A stretch of DNA of 64,000 nt from Polyangiales bacterium (GTDB taxonomy: Bacteria; Myxococcota_A; Polyangia; Polyangiales; Polyangiaceae), in the NCBI GenBank assembly GCA_038231275.1, contig JBBRLQ010000002.1:352001-416000 (forward strand), in the 5' to 3' direction. Of this stretch, positions 46,284 through 55,645 are shown piece by piece. Made by a program: the position numbers and the translations under genes. Every line of letters starts with the position of its first letter. Position 1 is the stretch's first letter. Below the pieces are notes generated by a model. The model was not told where the DNA came from. It did not search any database and saw only the letters and a program-made list of their open reading frames with translations.

Positions 46284-47309
46284 TCAGATCCCGCTGACGG
46301 CGAGGAATTTCCAGAGGTATTCGAGGACGACGCGATCGTGCTCGAGGCTGGACATGTACACGAACGCCGGGACGCGCAGATCGTCGAGCGCGGGGATCGG
46401 CGACCACCCGTCGAACGCGTAGTACGCGCCGGCGCCGTGCGACTCCATGAACGTCTTGAGGCGTAGCCCGAAGTCGCGGCTCTGGCGCGCGGTGCCGCTC
46501 TTCCTGCAGAAGACGAGCCCGAAGTGGCGCGGATCGGGCGCGTCGGGGCGAAAGTCTTCGGGCCGCTCGCGCAGGAACGCCGTGAGCGCGCTCGTGTCGA
46601 CGTAGAACGCGTCGAGCAGGTACACGTCGCGGACGCGCTCGACGCGGCCATTGGCGAGCGCAGGCAAGAGGCCCTGGTACCCGCCGCTCGACGCGAGGAG
46701 CATCACGCGCTGCACGTCCTCGTAGCGCCGCGCGCCGAGCTCGGGGACGAGCGCGACCTCCACGAGCTCCTTCACGAAGCGCCGGAGCCCGCCGATCTTG
46801 CCGAGCTTGCCCGGATCGCTGCTCTTCTGATCGTACGCGAGCTGCGGCACGACGAAGATGGCGCCGGTGCCGCTGCGATCGACCTGCGCCGGGATGTCGT
46901 AGCCGGTCCGCTGCTGCTCGCCGGGCGTGCAAATCTTGCCGCCGCGACTCACGTAGCTGTCGATGCAGTTCTTGAAGCCGTGGAAGACGACCGCCAGGTG
47001 CAGCGGCCGGTTCGGATCGAAATTCTTGGGGATGTACACCCACGCGTTGTTCCGGACCTCGTCGTTGCCGCTGTCCAGATGAAGCTTGAGCGCGCGGCCG
47101 GTGGGAGGGGGAAGATCCTCCGGCGTCGCGTCGCTCGGCACGATCGGGTCGGGGACCGCCATGGCCGCGGCCTGCGCGGTCGCCACCCGAAAAATCGGAG
47201 CTTCGGCGTGCTGCCCTTCCGCAAGCACCGCGACGAGCGACGCTCCCGCGCACAGCCCAATGGCGAAGGCGCGAGACGCGGGGCGCGGGGAGGCGCGAAA
47301 GAAGCGCAC
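46284..47309 (-). CDS. Exported hypothetical protein, alpha/beta-hydrolase-like
   Basis: Signal-like N-terminus; VVFHGF, LLASSGGY, LLDAFY, EHD. Confidence 0.7.
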   Translation of the reverse strand: MRFFRASPRPASRAFAIGLCAGASLVAVLAEGQHAEAPIFRVATAQAAAMAVPDPIVPSDATPEDLPPPTGRALKLHLDSGNDEVRNNAWVYIPKNFDPNRPLHLAVVFHGFKNCIDSYVSRGGKICTPGEQQRTGYDIPAQVDRSGTGAIFVVPQLAYDQKSSDPGKLGKIGGLRRFVKELVEVALVPELGARRYEDVQRVMLLASSGGYQGLLPALANGRVERVRDVYLLDAFYVDTSALTAFLRERPEDFRPDAPDPRHFGLVFCRKSGTARQSRDFGLRLKTFMESHGAGAYYAFDGWSPIPALDDLRVPAFVYMSSLEHDRVVLEYLWKFLAVSGI

Positions 47310-47335
47310 GATACGTTCAGATTACACGCAAACGC

Positions 47336-47851
47336 TCAACGCCGCATCGCCGCGCGGATTTCCTCGGGCTTCGCCAGGCCAGTCTTTTTCCACACCAGGT
47401 GCCCCTTGACGTCGAGGACGACGAGCGCCGGGATCAGGTGAACGTCGCCGAAGGGCCCTCCCCCGCCGATCGTCTCTTTGTCGGCGAGCGCGACGGGGAA
47501 CGTCACGTTGAGGTTCGTCTTGTAGACCTCGACGAGCTCGCGCTCGGTCTGCTGCTCGAGGGCGACGAGGGCGTAGTTCACCTTGTCGCCGTCGTGCTTC
47601 GCCATCGCGACGAGGAAATTGACCTGCGCCTGGCTGCCGAGATCGTACGTCGTGACGAAGGCGATCACGGTGACCTTGCCCTGCATCGCAGACGACGCGA
47701 CGCGCCGCGCATCGAGTGAGTCGTAGGCGAAATCGATCGCGCTGCCGGTGACCGGCTCGGGGGTGGCGACGTGAGACACGCCGACCGGATCGGGCGGGGG
47801 TTTGCTCCCGCACGCGACGATCACATGGGCCACGAGCGCCAACCCCGTCAC
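47336..47851 (-). CDS. TlpA/thioredoxin-fold lipoprotein lacking CxxC
   Basis: GKVTVIAFVTTYDLGS at the CxxC position; IPALVVLD.KG; start uncertain. Confidence 0.7.
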   Translation of the reverse strand: MTGLALVAHVIVACGSKPPPDPVGVSHVATPEPVTGSAIDFAYDSLDARRVASSAMQGKVTVIAFVTTYDLGSQAQVNFLVAMAKHDGDKVNYALVALEQQTERELVEVYKTNLNVTFPVALADKETIGGGGPFGDVHLIPALVVLDVKGHLVWKKTGLAKPEEIRAAMRR

Positions 47852-47876
47852 GCCGAGGGAGACGCCGAGGAGGGCG

Positions 47877-48542
47877 CTACTCGTCGCCCTTTTGACCGGT
47901 GAAGGCGTCGTTCTTGTTCGCGAAGAGCACATTGAACGTCGTGAGCGAGCCATAGCACTGGGTGATGTACTGCTGGAGCTGCACCTTCTCCTCGTCGGTC
48001 AGCTTGCTGCCGTTCACCTTCTGCTCCAAAACACGCAGCTTGTCCCGGATCATGACGACCTTGTGGAAGAGGCTCTCGATGGGGATGCGCTTCTCGGCCG
48101 TCCCCTCCTTGCCAGGCTTCATCACGAGCTCGCCGCCGCTCCATCTACCGCCGAGCTCGACGTCGGAGACGCCCAGCTCGTCGCGGATCACCTCAGTCAA
48201 CACTTGACGAAACTCTTCGGCGTCCATTTCGAGCAAATCCTCCGGCAATCGAACCTCGGTCGGCTCGCGCGGGATGGGCGCGCCGCCGGGGCTCGGGGTG
48301 GTCGTCGTGCGGCGCCGCCGGGTGAGCGGCGCCTTCTTCACCGTGCTCCCGAACGTGCCCTTCTGCACGTACTGCGAGCAGGTGTTGGTCTCGTAGATGG
48401 GCGAAGGCCACACGCCGAGGAGGCAGTCGCCTTGGCGCCGCACCTCGCCGTTCTCGTCGGTCTTCTCGACGACGCGCACGAACCGAGCGCACGTACCGCA
48501 GCGGCGAGCCAGCTGCAGCAGGTCCGGCCGGTCCGCGCTCAC
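47877..48542 (-). CDS. Hypothetical protein with N-terminal 4-Cys motif and helical C-terminal domain
   Basis: GTGA overlap; CGTC...C...C; PIESLFHKVVMIRDKLRVLEQKVN...YGSLTTFNVLF. Confidence 0.8.
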   Translation of the reverse strand: MSADRPDLLQLARRCGTCARFVRVVEKTDENGEVRRQGDCLLGVWPSPIYETNTCSQYVQKGTFGSTVKKAPLTRRRRTTTTPSPGGAPIPREPTEVRLPEDLLEMDAEEFRQVLTEVIRDELGVSDVELGGRWSGGELVMKPGKEGTAEKRIPIESLFHKVVMIRDKLRVLEQKVNGSKLTDEEKVQLQQYITQCYGSLTTFNVLFANKNDAFTGQKGDE

Positions 48543-49267
48543 TCGTCCCCGCTCCCGAGCTCCGGCGCGAACAGATGGCTGAAGCGACGCAGCGCCTCGG
48601 GGGCGGGCTTGCCTGCGCGTCGATGCGCGACCACGGCGTGAGCGAGCTCCTCGACGACCATCGGCATCGGGGTGAGCTCGAGCTCGGCGCCTTCGGCCTC
48701 GGGGATCCCGTCTTCGTCGCGCAGGTGACTGAGGGGCTCGTGGCGCGCGCTCACCACTCCGTCGGCGTGGTAACGGCATACGAGGAGCTCCACGAAGTCG
48801 AGGTACAGCGGGCTCACGATGACGCAGAGCTTGTCGCCGTTCGTCGTCGTACCCCGCAGCGCGTGGCGCGCGCTCGCCGCGTGAGGGCCCGCCTCGGTGA
48901 GCACCGTCTCGATGCGGGACCGACGTTCCAGATCGCTCTCCACCGCGAGCAGCGGCGCGTAAAGCGCCACGCGCGGCACGCGGACGCCAGGCGCGTCGAC
49001 CTCGAGCGCCGTCAGCCACGCGTCGCGCCCCTGCGACGGGAGCGACTCGTACGCGAGCGCCGCCGCCATCGCCGCCTTGGGATCGCTCGCCAGCGCGCCA
49101 AGCCACGAGCGCCACGCCGCGTGCGCCCGTGCGTCGATCTCACCGCTCTTCGCTTCTTCTCCGAACATCGTCGTCACTTCAGGGACCCCCTCTCGCGCGC
49201 TCTCGTCCGACACCTCGTGCGGTTCGTCGCCGCTTGGGTCGTCCGGACTTTCGCGCGCGCTTCCCAT
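48539..49267 (-). CDS. Hypothetical protein
   Basis: Protein-like composition, GC3 bias, translationally coupled to next gene; start uncertain. Confidence 0.7.
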   Translation of the reverse strand: MGSARESPDDPSGDEPHEVSDESAREGVPEVTTMFGEEAKSGEIDARAHAAWRSWLGALASDPKAAMAAALAYESLPSQGRDAWLTALEVDAPGVRVPRVALYAPLLAVESDLERRSRIETVLTEAGPHAASARHALRGTTTNGDKLCVIVSPLYLDFVELLVCRYHADGVVSARHEPLSHLRDEDGIPEAEGAELELTPMPMVVEELAHAVVAHRRAGKPAPEALRRFSHLFAPELGSGDE

Positions 49268-49402
49268 CGAGAGGCGGCAACCTACCAATCCACGCGCAGG
49301 AGTAAAGAGTCCCCGGCCCTCGCGGACGTCGCGCTCCGCATGTCACGCGAGCCCTTTCTGTCGCTTGACATCCGCGACCGCGACCGCTCCGATCGAGGTC
49401 TG

Positions 49403-50128
49403 GTGACGGGGCCCAAGAAAGGCACGCAGCCGCGCGCGGCAGGAACGGATCCGCCCGAGGTCGTGGCGCGCATTCAAGAGGGCCTCGATCTGGTCGACCT
49501 CAACGCGCGCCAATTCTGCAAGCGCCTCGGCCACGCTCTCGCGAAGGACGAGATCGCATCGTACGGCCACGAGGGGCTCCTGCACGCGGCGCGCTCGTTC
49601 GAGGCGGAGCGCGGTGTTCCCTTCCGACGTTGGGCGAACCTTCGCGTGCGCGGCGCGATCCTCGACGGGCTCCGATCTCAAGGCGACCTTCCGCGCCACG
49701 TGCACCGTCGCCTCAAAGCGATCGAGTCCGGTGACACGATGCAGGGCGCGCTCCTCGAAGAGCAGTCGGCGTCGCCGCCCACGACCGCAGAGGACGCCGA
49801 CAAGCGACTGACGACCTACCTCGCCGGCATCGCCACCGCCATGGCCCTCGGTGTGGTCGGCGACGCGCGCGGAGGTGACCTCGATGCGATCGCCGATCGC
49901 GCACCGACGCCAGAAGAGTCGACCCTGCGCGACGAGACTGCGCGCGTCCTCGGCGAGCTCGTCGATGCGCGACCGGACGACGAGCGCACGCTCCTCCGCC
50001 GCCACTACTTCGACGGCGCGACCTTCGAGGAGGCTGCGCGGGAGATCGGCCTGTCGAAGTCGTGGGCGAGCCGCCTCCACGCGCGGGCTGTCGAAGCCAT
50101 CGCGCGCGAGCTGAAGAGGAGAGGGTAG
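49403..50128 (+). CDS. FliA/WhiG-like sigma factor (short)
   Basis: GLLHAARSFEAERGVPF...RVRGAILDGLR; region 4 TFEEAAREIGLSKSWASRLH; alternative start ATG 49340. Confidence 0.88.
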   Translation: MTGPKKGTQPRAAGTDPPEVVARIQEGLDLVDLNARQFCKRLGHALAKDEIASYGHEGLLHAARSFEAERGVPFRRWANLRVRGAILDGLRSQGDLPRHVHRRLKAIESGDTMQGALLEEQSASPPTTAEDADKRLTTYLAGIATAMALGVVGDARGGDLDAIADRAPTPEESTLRDETARVLGELVDARPDDERTLLRRHYFDGATFEEAAREIGLSKSWASRLHARAVEAIARELKRRG

Positions 50129-50148
50129 AGAGGGCCGTCCGTTTCGGC

Positions 50149-50175
50149 GCAACTTCTCACCCGTGGTGCCGATGG
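50149..50175 (+). promoter_or_regulatory. Sigma28-like promoter GCAA-N15-GCCGATGG
   Basis: Resembles TAAA-N15-GCCGATAA; between the FliA-like gene and the next ORF. Confidence 0.45.
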
Positions 50176-50198
50176 GGAGGAGAAGAGGAGAGCCCCCC

Positions 50199-50531
50199 AT
50201 GCCCGTCACGCCCGCCCGCGAAGCCCGCATCGTCACGCGCGCCACCTTTGACGCCCCGCAGTCGTCCGGCGCCGCCTCGCGACCGAGCGCCGTGTCCCCC
50301 GAGGGCGAGCCCAGCGCGTTTCAGCGTGTGCTCCACGGCATCGGCCGCGAGGTCGAGCGGGGCGAGTCGACGGTTCGGCGCGCGCTCCAAGCCGGAGGAG
50401 CAATGGGAGGCGCCGAGCTGCTCGCGCTGCAAGCTGGCGTCTACCGCTACAGCGAGACCGTGGACCTCGCCGCGAAGCTGGTGGATCGCGCGTCCAGCGG
50501 TGTGAAGACGGTTGTTCAGGGCCAGTCGTAG
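50199..50531 (+). CDS. Small protein resembling T3SS inner-rod (SctI: EscI/YscI/HrpB2-like)
   Basis: C-terminal ELLALQAGVYRYSETVDLAAKLVDRASSGVKTVVQGQ; GAGGAG RBS. Confidence 0.65.
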   Translation: MPVTPAREARIVTRATFDAPQSSGAASRPSAVSPEGEPSAFQRVLHGIGREVERGESTVRRALQAGGAMGGAELLALQAGVYRYSETVDLAAKLVDRASSGVKTVVQGQS

Positions 50532-50884
50532 CCCGCGCACCCTTCTTTTCCCGTGTTTTGACTAATAACTACATTGTCTGACACTGTACGTGTTCAGCGG
50601 TATCCGTGCGACCCAGCCCCCCATTTAATCACTTATTGCGGAACATTCCACACAGGGCGGCTGAAATGGCGACACGTTGCATACCTAAATGAATTTCCCT
50701 ACCTGATCCGGTTTGCACCCACCCCGGTACCCACTATTGGGAAGCCCGTCGTACGGTGGACCCCGGGGAGAGGTCGGGCCCCGAAGCCGCGCGGCGGTCG
50801 CTTCAGAACCATGACCGGTGGGAAGAGCGCATAGACGCGTCGGCGTCTCGATCTGCCCGCACGGCCAAAAGGGAGAGCCACATC

Positions 50885-52390
50885 ATGCGCGTCGCCAACC
50901 GTCTCGTCCTCGTGTCCACGATTGTTGCGTCGGGAGTTCTCAGCGTCGTCGGTTGTTCCAGCGGCAACAAGGAAGACACCGGCTCGAATTCGGATCCCGG
51001 CGCGACCGCCGAAGCCCTGTCGACGACCGACGTCATCACGACGAACTACATGCCGCTCCGCAAGGGCAACGCCGTCCGCAAGGCGCGTCCGCGTTCGACG
51101 GCGAGCGCCAGCGACCTGACCTACCGCGGCGGCCCGCTCATCCAGAACGGCAAGGTCTACACCGTGTTCTGGGGCGCCAACGTCGCCGCCGATCAGGCGA
51201 AGCTCGGGACGTTCTTCCAGACCGTCGGCCAAAGCGCCTACATGGACTGGCTGAAGGAGTACTCGACCAACGGCATGAACATCGGCCGCTCGACCTTCGC
51301 GGGAACGTTCGTCGATACGTCGTCGAACGCGAAGACGACCGGCACGGTCACCAACCAGCAGATCGGCCAGGAGCTCGAGCGCCTCATCACGACCGGCGCC
51401 GTCGCGGCCCCCGACAACGACTCGCTCTACATGTTCTACTTCCCGCCGGGGCTCTCGATCGACCTCGACGGCCAGGCGACCAGCTGCGTCCAGTTCTGCG
51501 CGTACCACTACACGTACACGCGCTCGAACGGCCAGAACGTCATGTACGGCGTCATGCCGGACCTCTCGACGGGCGGCTGCGCGCAGGGCTGCGGCGCCAA
51601 CCCCAGCGTCTTCGACAACCTCACCGAGGTCTCGTCGCACGAGTGGATCGAAGCGACGACGGATCCCGCGGTCGGCATCAACGTGCTGTCTTGGTACAAC
51701 GACAGCCAGGGTGAGATCGGCGACATCTGCGTCGGCCAGGCCGCGACGGTGAGCGGCTTCGTCGTGCAGAAGGAGTGGTCGAACAAGAACGGCGCGTGCA
51801 TCGCGACCGATCCGGGCGGCGGCGGCTCCAGCAGCTCGGGCGGCTCGTCCTCCGGCGGTTCGTCCTCGGGCGGCAGCAGCTCCGGTGGTTCGTCCTCCGG
51901 CGGCAGCAGCTCCGGCGGTTCATCCTCGGGCGGCTCCAGCTCCGGTGGTTCGTCCTCCGGCGGTTCGTCCTCGGGCGGCAGCAGCTCCGGTGGTTCGTCC
52001 TCGGGCGGCTCCAGCTCCGGCGGCTCGTCGTCGGGCGGCAGCAGCTCGGGCGGCGGTGGCTGCACGGGCGACAGCGAGTTCGAGCCCAACGACAGCGCGT
52101 GGGATGCGGACTACCTGGCGACGTCGCTCTGCGGCGACCTCGATCCGGTCGGCGACAAGGACGACTCGTTCTTCCAGCTGAGCGGCACGCAGAACTACGA
52201 CATCGTCCTTTCGCCGAGCGGCGACGCGACGCTCAGGGTCTACAAGCAGACGGCGCGTGGCAGCTGGGGCCGCGTGCAGAACACGACGCCGACCGAGGTG
52301 AAGCACCGCGCGAACGGCGGCGGCACGTACCTCGTGGTCGTCTCCTCTCCTTCGAAGTCGACGCAGTCGTACACCGTCACGCGTAACTAA
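50885..52390 (+). CDS. Lipoprotein with Phi-1/EXORDIUM-like domain, Gly/Ser linker and C-terminal PPC-like domain
   Basis: LTYRGGP, VFWG, FCAYH, SHEWIEATTDP, GEIGDIC; EFEPND...D.D.F...GTYLVVV. Confidence 0.8.
   Translation: MRVANRLVLVSTIVASGVLSVVGCSSGNKEDTGSNSDPGATAEALSTTDVITTNYMPLRKGNAVRKARPRSTASASDLTYRGGPLIQNGKVYTVFWGANVAADQAKLGTFFQTVGQSAYMDWLKEYSTNGMNIGRSTFAGTFVDTSSNAKTTGTVTNQQIGQELERLITTGAVAAPDNDSLYMFYFPPGLSIDLDGQATSCVQFCAYHYTYTRSNGQNVMYGVMPDLSTGGCAQGCGANPSVFDNLTEVSSHEWIEATTDPAVGINVLSWYNDSQGEIGDICVGQAATVSGFVVQKEWSNKNGACIATDPGGGGSSSSGGSSSGGSSSGGSSSGGSSSGGSSSGGSSSGGSSSGGSSSGGSSSGGSSSGGSSSGGSSSGGSSSGGSSSGGGGCTGDSEFEPNDSAWDADYLATSLCGDLDPVGDKDDSFFQLSGTQNYDIVLSPSGDATLRVYKQTARGSWGRVQNTTPTEVKHRANGGGTYLVVVSSPSKSTQSYTVTRN
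51830..52054 (+). repeat. Coding repeat of about 15 SSSGG units
   Basis: 15-nt units with synonymous variation. Confidence 0.9.
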
Positions 52391-52478
52391 CCGGCGACCA
52401 GCGTTATGAGCGGAGCTCGTGATCGAGGATCACGGGCTCCGTTTCGTTTTTGTGAGATTTCTGCGCTAAGAGAGAGGC

Positions 52479-53609
52479 GTGAAGGGCTCGCGGGTCGTCG
52501 TTGCCATGAGCGGTGGGGTGGACTCCGCTGTCGCCGCGGCGCGCCTGCACGCGGAGGGGCACGAGGTGGTCGGCGTGACGCTGCACCTCTGGGACTACCC
52601 CCACGACCCGGACGCGAAGGGCGGGCACGGTCGCTGCTGCGCGCCCGAGGATCAGTACGACGCGCGACGCACTGCCGATCGCCTCGGCTTCGCGCACTAC
52701 ACGTTCGATCGCCGCGCGCTTTTCGAGGAGAAGGTCGTCGCGCCGTTCGTCGACGCGTACCTGAGCGGCCAGACGCCGAGCCCGTGCACCACCTGCAACC
52801 GCGGCGTGAAGCTCGGCGAGCTCTTCAAGATCGCCGATCGCCTCGGCGCGCGATCGGTCGCCACCGGCCACTACGCGCGCATCGTGCGCGACGACGCGGG
52901 CCTCGCCTGGCTGGCCGAAGGGCGCGATGGCAACAAGGACCAGAGCTACTTCCTCTACGCGACGCCTCCCGAGCAGCTCGCGCGCCTCGTCTTCCCGCTC
53001 GGCGAGAGCTCCAAGGCGGAGGTGCGCGCCGAGGCAGTCTCGAGAGACCTCCCGGGCGCGACCAAGGGCGAGAGCCAGGAGCTCTGCTTCGTGGGCGCGG
53101 GCAAGGGCGCGTACGTCGACTTCGTGCAAAAGCGCGCAGATGCGGAGCGAATCAGGCCCGGCGCGATCGTCGACGACTCGGGTCGCGTGGTCGGCGCGCA
53201 CGAGGGCGTGCACCGCTTCACAGTCGGACAGAGGAAGGGGCTCGGCGTCGCGCTCGGCACGCCGGCGTTCGTCACCGAGGTCGACGCGGCGTCCGGCACC
53301 GTGCGCCTCGGCCCCGAGGATCGCCTGCTCGCGGACGGCGCGGAACTCGACGATCTCGTCCTCGCGCGCGGCGTCACGCTGCCGGCGCGCGCGAGGGTGC
53401 GCATTCGCTATCGTCACGGCGGAGCGCTCGGGAACGTCGTGGCCGCGGACGGCGACCAACGCGCGATCGTTCGTTTCGACGCCCCGGTGCGCGCGGTCAC
53501 GCCAGGTCAGATCGCCGTGCTCTACGACGGCGATCGCGTCCTCGGCGGCGGTCGCATCGCCGCGGCCATCGCGAAGACGACGCGAGCAGTGCTACCCTTG
53601 GTCGTGTGA
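52479..53609 (+). CDS. mnmA: tRNA 2-thiouridine(34) synthase
   Basis: AMSGGVDS, PCTTCN, ATGHYA, KDQSYFL, ESQELCF, FTVGQRKGLG, TPGQ. Confidence 0.97.
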   Translation: MKGSRVVVAMSGGVDSAVAAARLHAEGHEVVGVTLHLWDYPHDPDAKGGHGRCCAPEDQYDARRTADRLGFAHYTFDRRALFEEKVVAPFVDAYLSGQTPSPCTTCNRGVKLGELFKIADRLGARSVATGHYARIVRDDAGLAWLAEGRDGNKDQSYFLYATPPEQLARLVFPLGESSKAEVRAEAVSRDLPGATKGESQELCFVGAGKGAYVDFVQKRADAERIRPGAIVDDSGRVVGAHEGVHRFTVGQRKGLGVALGTPAFVTEVDAASGTVRLGPEDRLLADGAELDDLVLARGVTLPARARVRIRYRHGGALGNVVAADGDQRAIVRFDAPVRAVTPGQIAVLYDGDRVLGGGRIAAAIAKTTRAVLPLVV

Positions 53610-54493
53610 AGACGACGATCGGCCGCGCGCTCCGGAGGCGCTCCGCCGTCGCGTGCGCCACGCTGGCGCTCGCGGCGATCGGCTTCGCGTCGCTCGCGCC
53701 CGCCTGCTCTCTCTCCGACGGACAGGGCAACGTGACGGGCACCCTCAACGTGCCGGCGTGCTGGTCCGGCAAGTTCGAGCTCAGACCCGATTTCTTCGCC
53801 GGCGTTCCGTACAGGAAAACGCTGCAGCTCCGCATCCAGAGCGGCGGCGACTTCGAGAGCTTCAGCGACGGCATCTCGATTTTGATCGACGACGTCGCGC
53901 AAATCCGCGGCGCCGACGACAGCTCGCGGCCGAGCCTCTACGGTGTACCGCTCGTCGTCTCGCTGGCGCCCGGCGTCGTCCCGCCCGGCGTGCCTATCCC
54001 CGCCGTCGCGTCACCGGCGAGCGTTCATTTCGCGCTCTACCTTCAGCGCACGTGCCACACGCAAGACGTCGCGCTCTACGCGCTCGATCGCGTGACCGTG
54101 AACGCCGACGGCACGTGCGACGCCGTCGACGGGAGCACCGATCCGCTCGCCTGCTCGGCGATCCAACCTGCGCCCGTCACCGACGGCGGCGCGGAAGGCG
54201 GGAGCGACAGCGGCGCACCCGACGCGACCGTCCCCGTCCCCGACGCCGGAGCTCCCGTCTCGGCGCCGAACGTCCGCGGCAGCACCATCACCTTTACGAG
54301 CCTCTTCGACGGCAACCCGGACGAAGACATCGCCGCGAAGCGCCTCAACGAAGGCAGCTTCGACGTCTACCTCGCCGATCCCCGCGACGTCTGCCCCGGC
54401 GGCCTCGGTCCGCCACCGCGCTGCAGAGGTCACCTCACGGGCAGCTTCAAGTTCTACTTCCAGCGAGGAAGGCCGGCGCAGCCGTTCCCTTGA
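53606..54493 (+). CDS. Hypothetical lipoprotein
   Basis: GTGA overlap with mnmA; lipobox APAC. Confidence 0.75.
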   Translation: MKTTIGRALRRRSAVACATLALAAIGFASLAPACSLSDGQGNVTGTLNVPACWSGKFELRPDFFAGVPYRKTLQLRIQSGGDFESFSDGISILIDDVAQIRGADDSSRPSLYGVPLVVSLAPGVVPPGVPIPAVASPASVHFALYLQRTCHTQDVALYALDRVTVNADGTCDAVDGSTDPLACSAIQPAPVTDGGAEGGSDSGAPDATVPVPDAGAPVSAPNVRGSTITFTSLFDGNPDEDIAAKRLNEGSFDVYLADPRDVCPGGLGPPPRCRGHLTGSFKFYFQRGRPAQPFP

Positions 54494-54690
54494 GCGCTGC
54501 GCGCTCGAGGGAACTTCCTTTGTGGTGTGGACCTGCGGTCCCCTCAGGCGCGGAGCACCTGAGCCTCCCCTGCGTCGCCTGCGGCGAGGCGCTTCGCGCG
54601 GGGGGGGGAAAAGGAGGGGTTACTGGTAGGTTTTGGGGGTGCGGGCGGCTTGCGTGAGGGGGGGGAGGTCGATACCCTGTCCATCTAGCC

Positions 54691-55644
54691 GTGCGAAGCC
54701 ACCCGCAGTTTCATGCCCTCCGTTGGGCATGCGCAGCCGCGCTCGCCGTCCATTTTGTGACGGCGGCGGTTCCGGCGCGCGCGGAGACGGCGGCGGCACC
54801 TGGAGCGGAGACGCTCGGGCGCGCGCGAGAGGCGTGGGACAAGGGGGACTTCGACTCCGCCGAGCCTCTCTATAAGGAGGCGCTGGACCGCGGCGGTCTG
54901 CCTGCAAAAGACTCGCTCGACTGTTATGTGCACCTCGGGGCGGCGCGCGCCGTGATGGGGCGCAAGCGTGACGCGCTCGTCGCGTTTCGGCGCGCTGCGC
55001 TGATGGACCCGCGCTTCGTCGTGCCCGGCGAGGCCGGCAAGAAGGCCGTGCACCTCGCGAACCAGGCGCGTCGCGAAGAAGCGAAGATCGGTCCGTTCCA
55101 ACTGAGGACCGACGTGCCGGAGCAGGTGCCCTCGCAGAAGCCGTTCCGCGTCTCGGCCTCGATGGACGCGACGCACACCGCGCTCGTCACGAAAATCGGC
55201 GTTTTTGCGCGCGATCCGGCGAGCGACAAGAGCTTCGAGAAGAGTGACGTCGCGGCGACGACCCTCGCGTGGGATCTGCCGGCGAACGTCGCCGTGCCAA
55301 ACGCGACGTTGACCGTACGCGTCGACGCGCTCGACGCGCACGACAATCGCCTCGTGAGCGTCGAGAAGAAGGTGCGCGTCGGTCCAGGCGCCGAGCCGAT
55401 CGCCGTGGTGCCGGTGCCTTCGCCGTCCGCGACCACCGTGCCGGGCCCCGCGGCCGCCGTGCAGCCGAACCCCAAGGAGCTCGACAAGGACAAGGGACAG
55501 AAAAAAGGCGGCGGCTTCTGGGCGTCGCCTTGGCCCTACGTGATCGGCGGCGTCGCGCTGGCTGCAGGCGGTGCAGCGGTTTACCTCGGCACGCGGCCGA
55601 CCGACGACGCGAGCGTCGGCGCCGCGAACGTGCGGGTGAGGTGA
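54691..55644 (+). CDS. Exported TPR-like protein with C-terminal TM
   Basis: Signal, TPR-like helices, WASPWPYVIGGVALAAGG. Confidence 0.78.
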   Translation: MRSHPQFHALRWACAAALAVHFVTAAVPARAETAAAPGAETLGRAREAWDKGDFDSAEPLYKEALDRGGLPAKDSLDCYVHLGAARAVMGRKRDALVAFRRAALMDPRFVVPGEAGKKAVHLANQARREEAKIGPFQLRTDVPEQVPSQKPFRVSASMDATHTALVTKIGVFARDPASDKSFEKSDVAATTLAWDLPANVAVPNATLTVRVDALDAHDNRLVSVEKKVRVGPGAEPIAVVPVPSPSATTVPGPAAAVQPNPKELDKDKGQKKGGGFWASPWPYVIGGVALAAGGAAVYLGTRPTDDASVGAANVRVR

Positions 55645-55645
55645 G

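Noticed and set aside
50578-50600. Myxococcus-type LexA box ending GTTCAGC
   Set aside because: Left half and spacing do not fit the consensus
50667-50681. Sigma54 promoter TGGCGACACGTTGCA
   Set aside because: GG-to-GC spacing is 9, not 10
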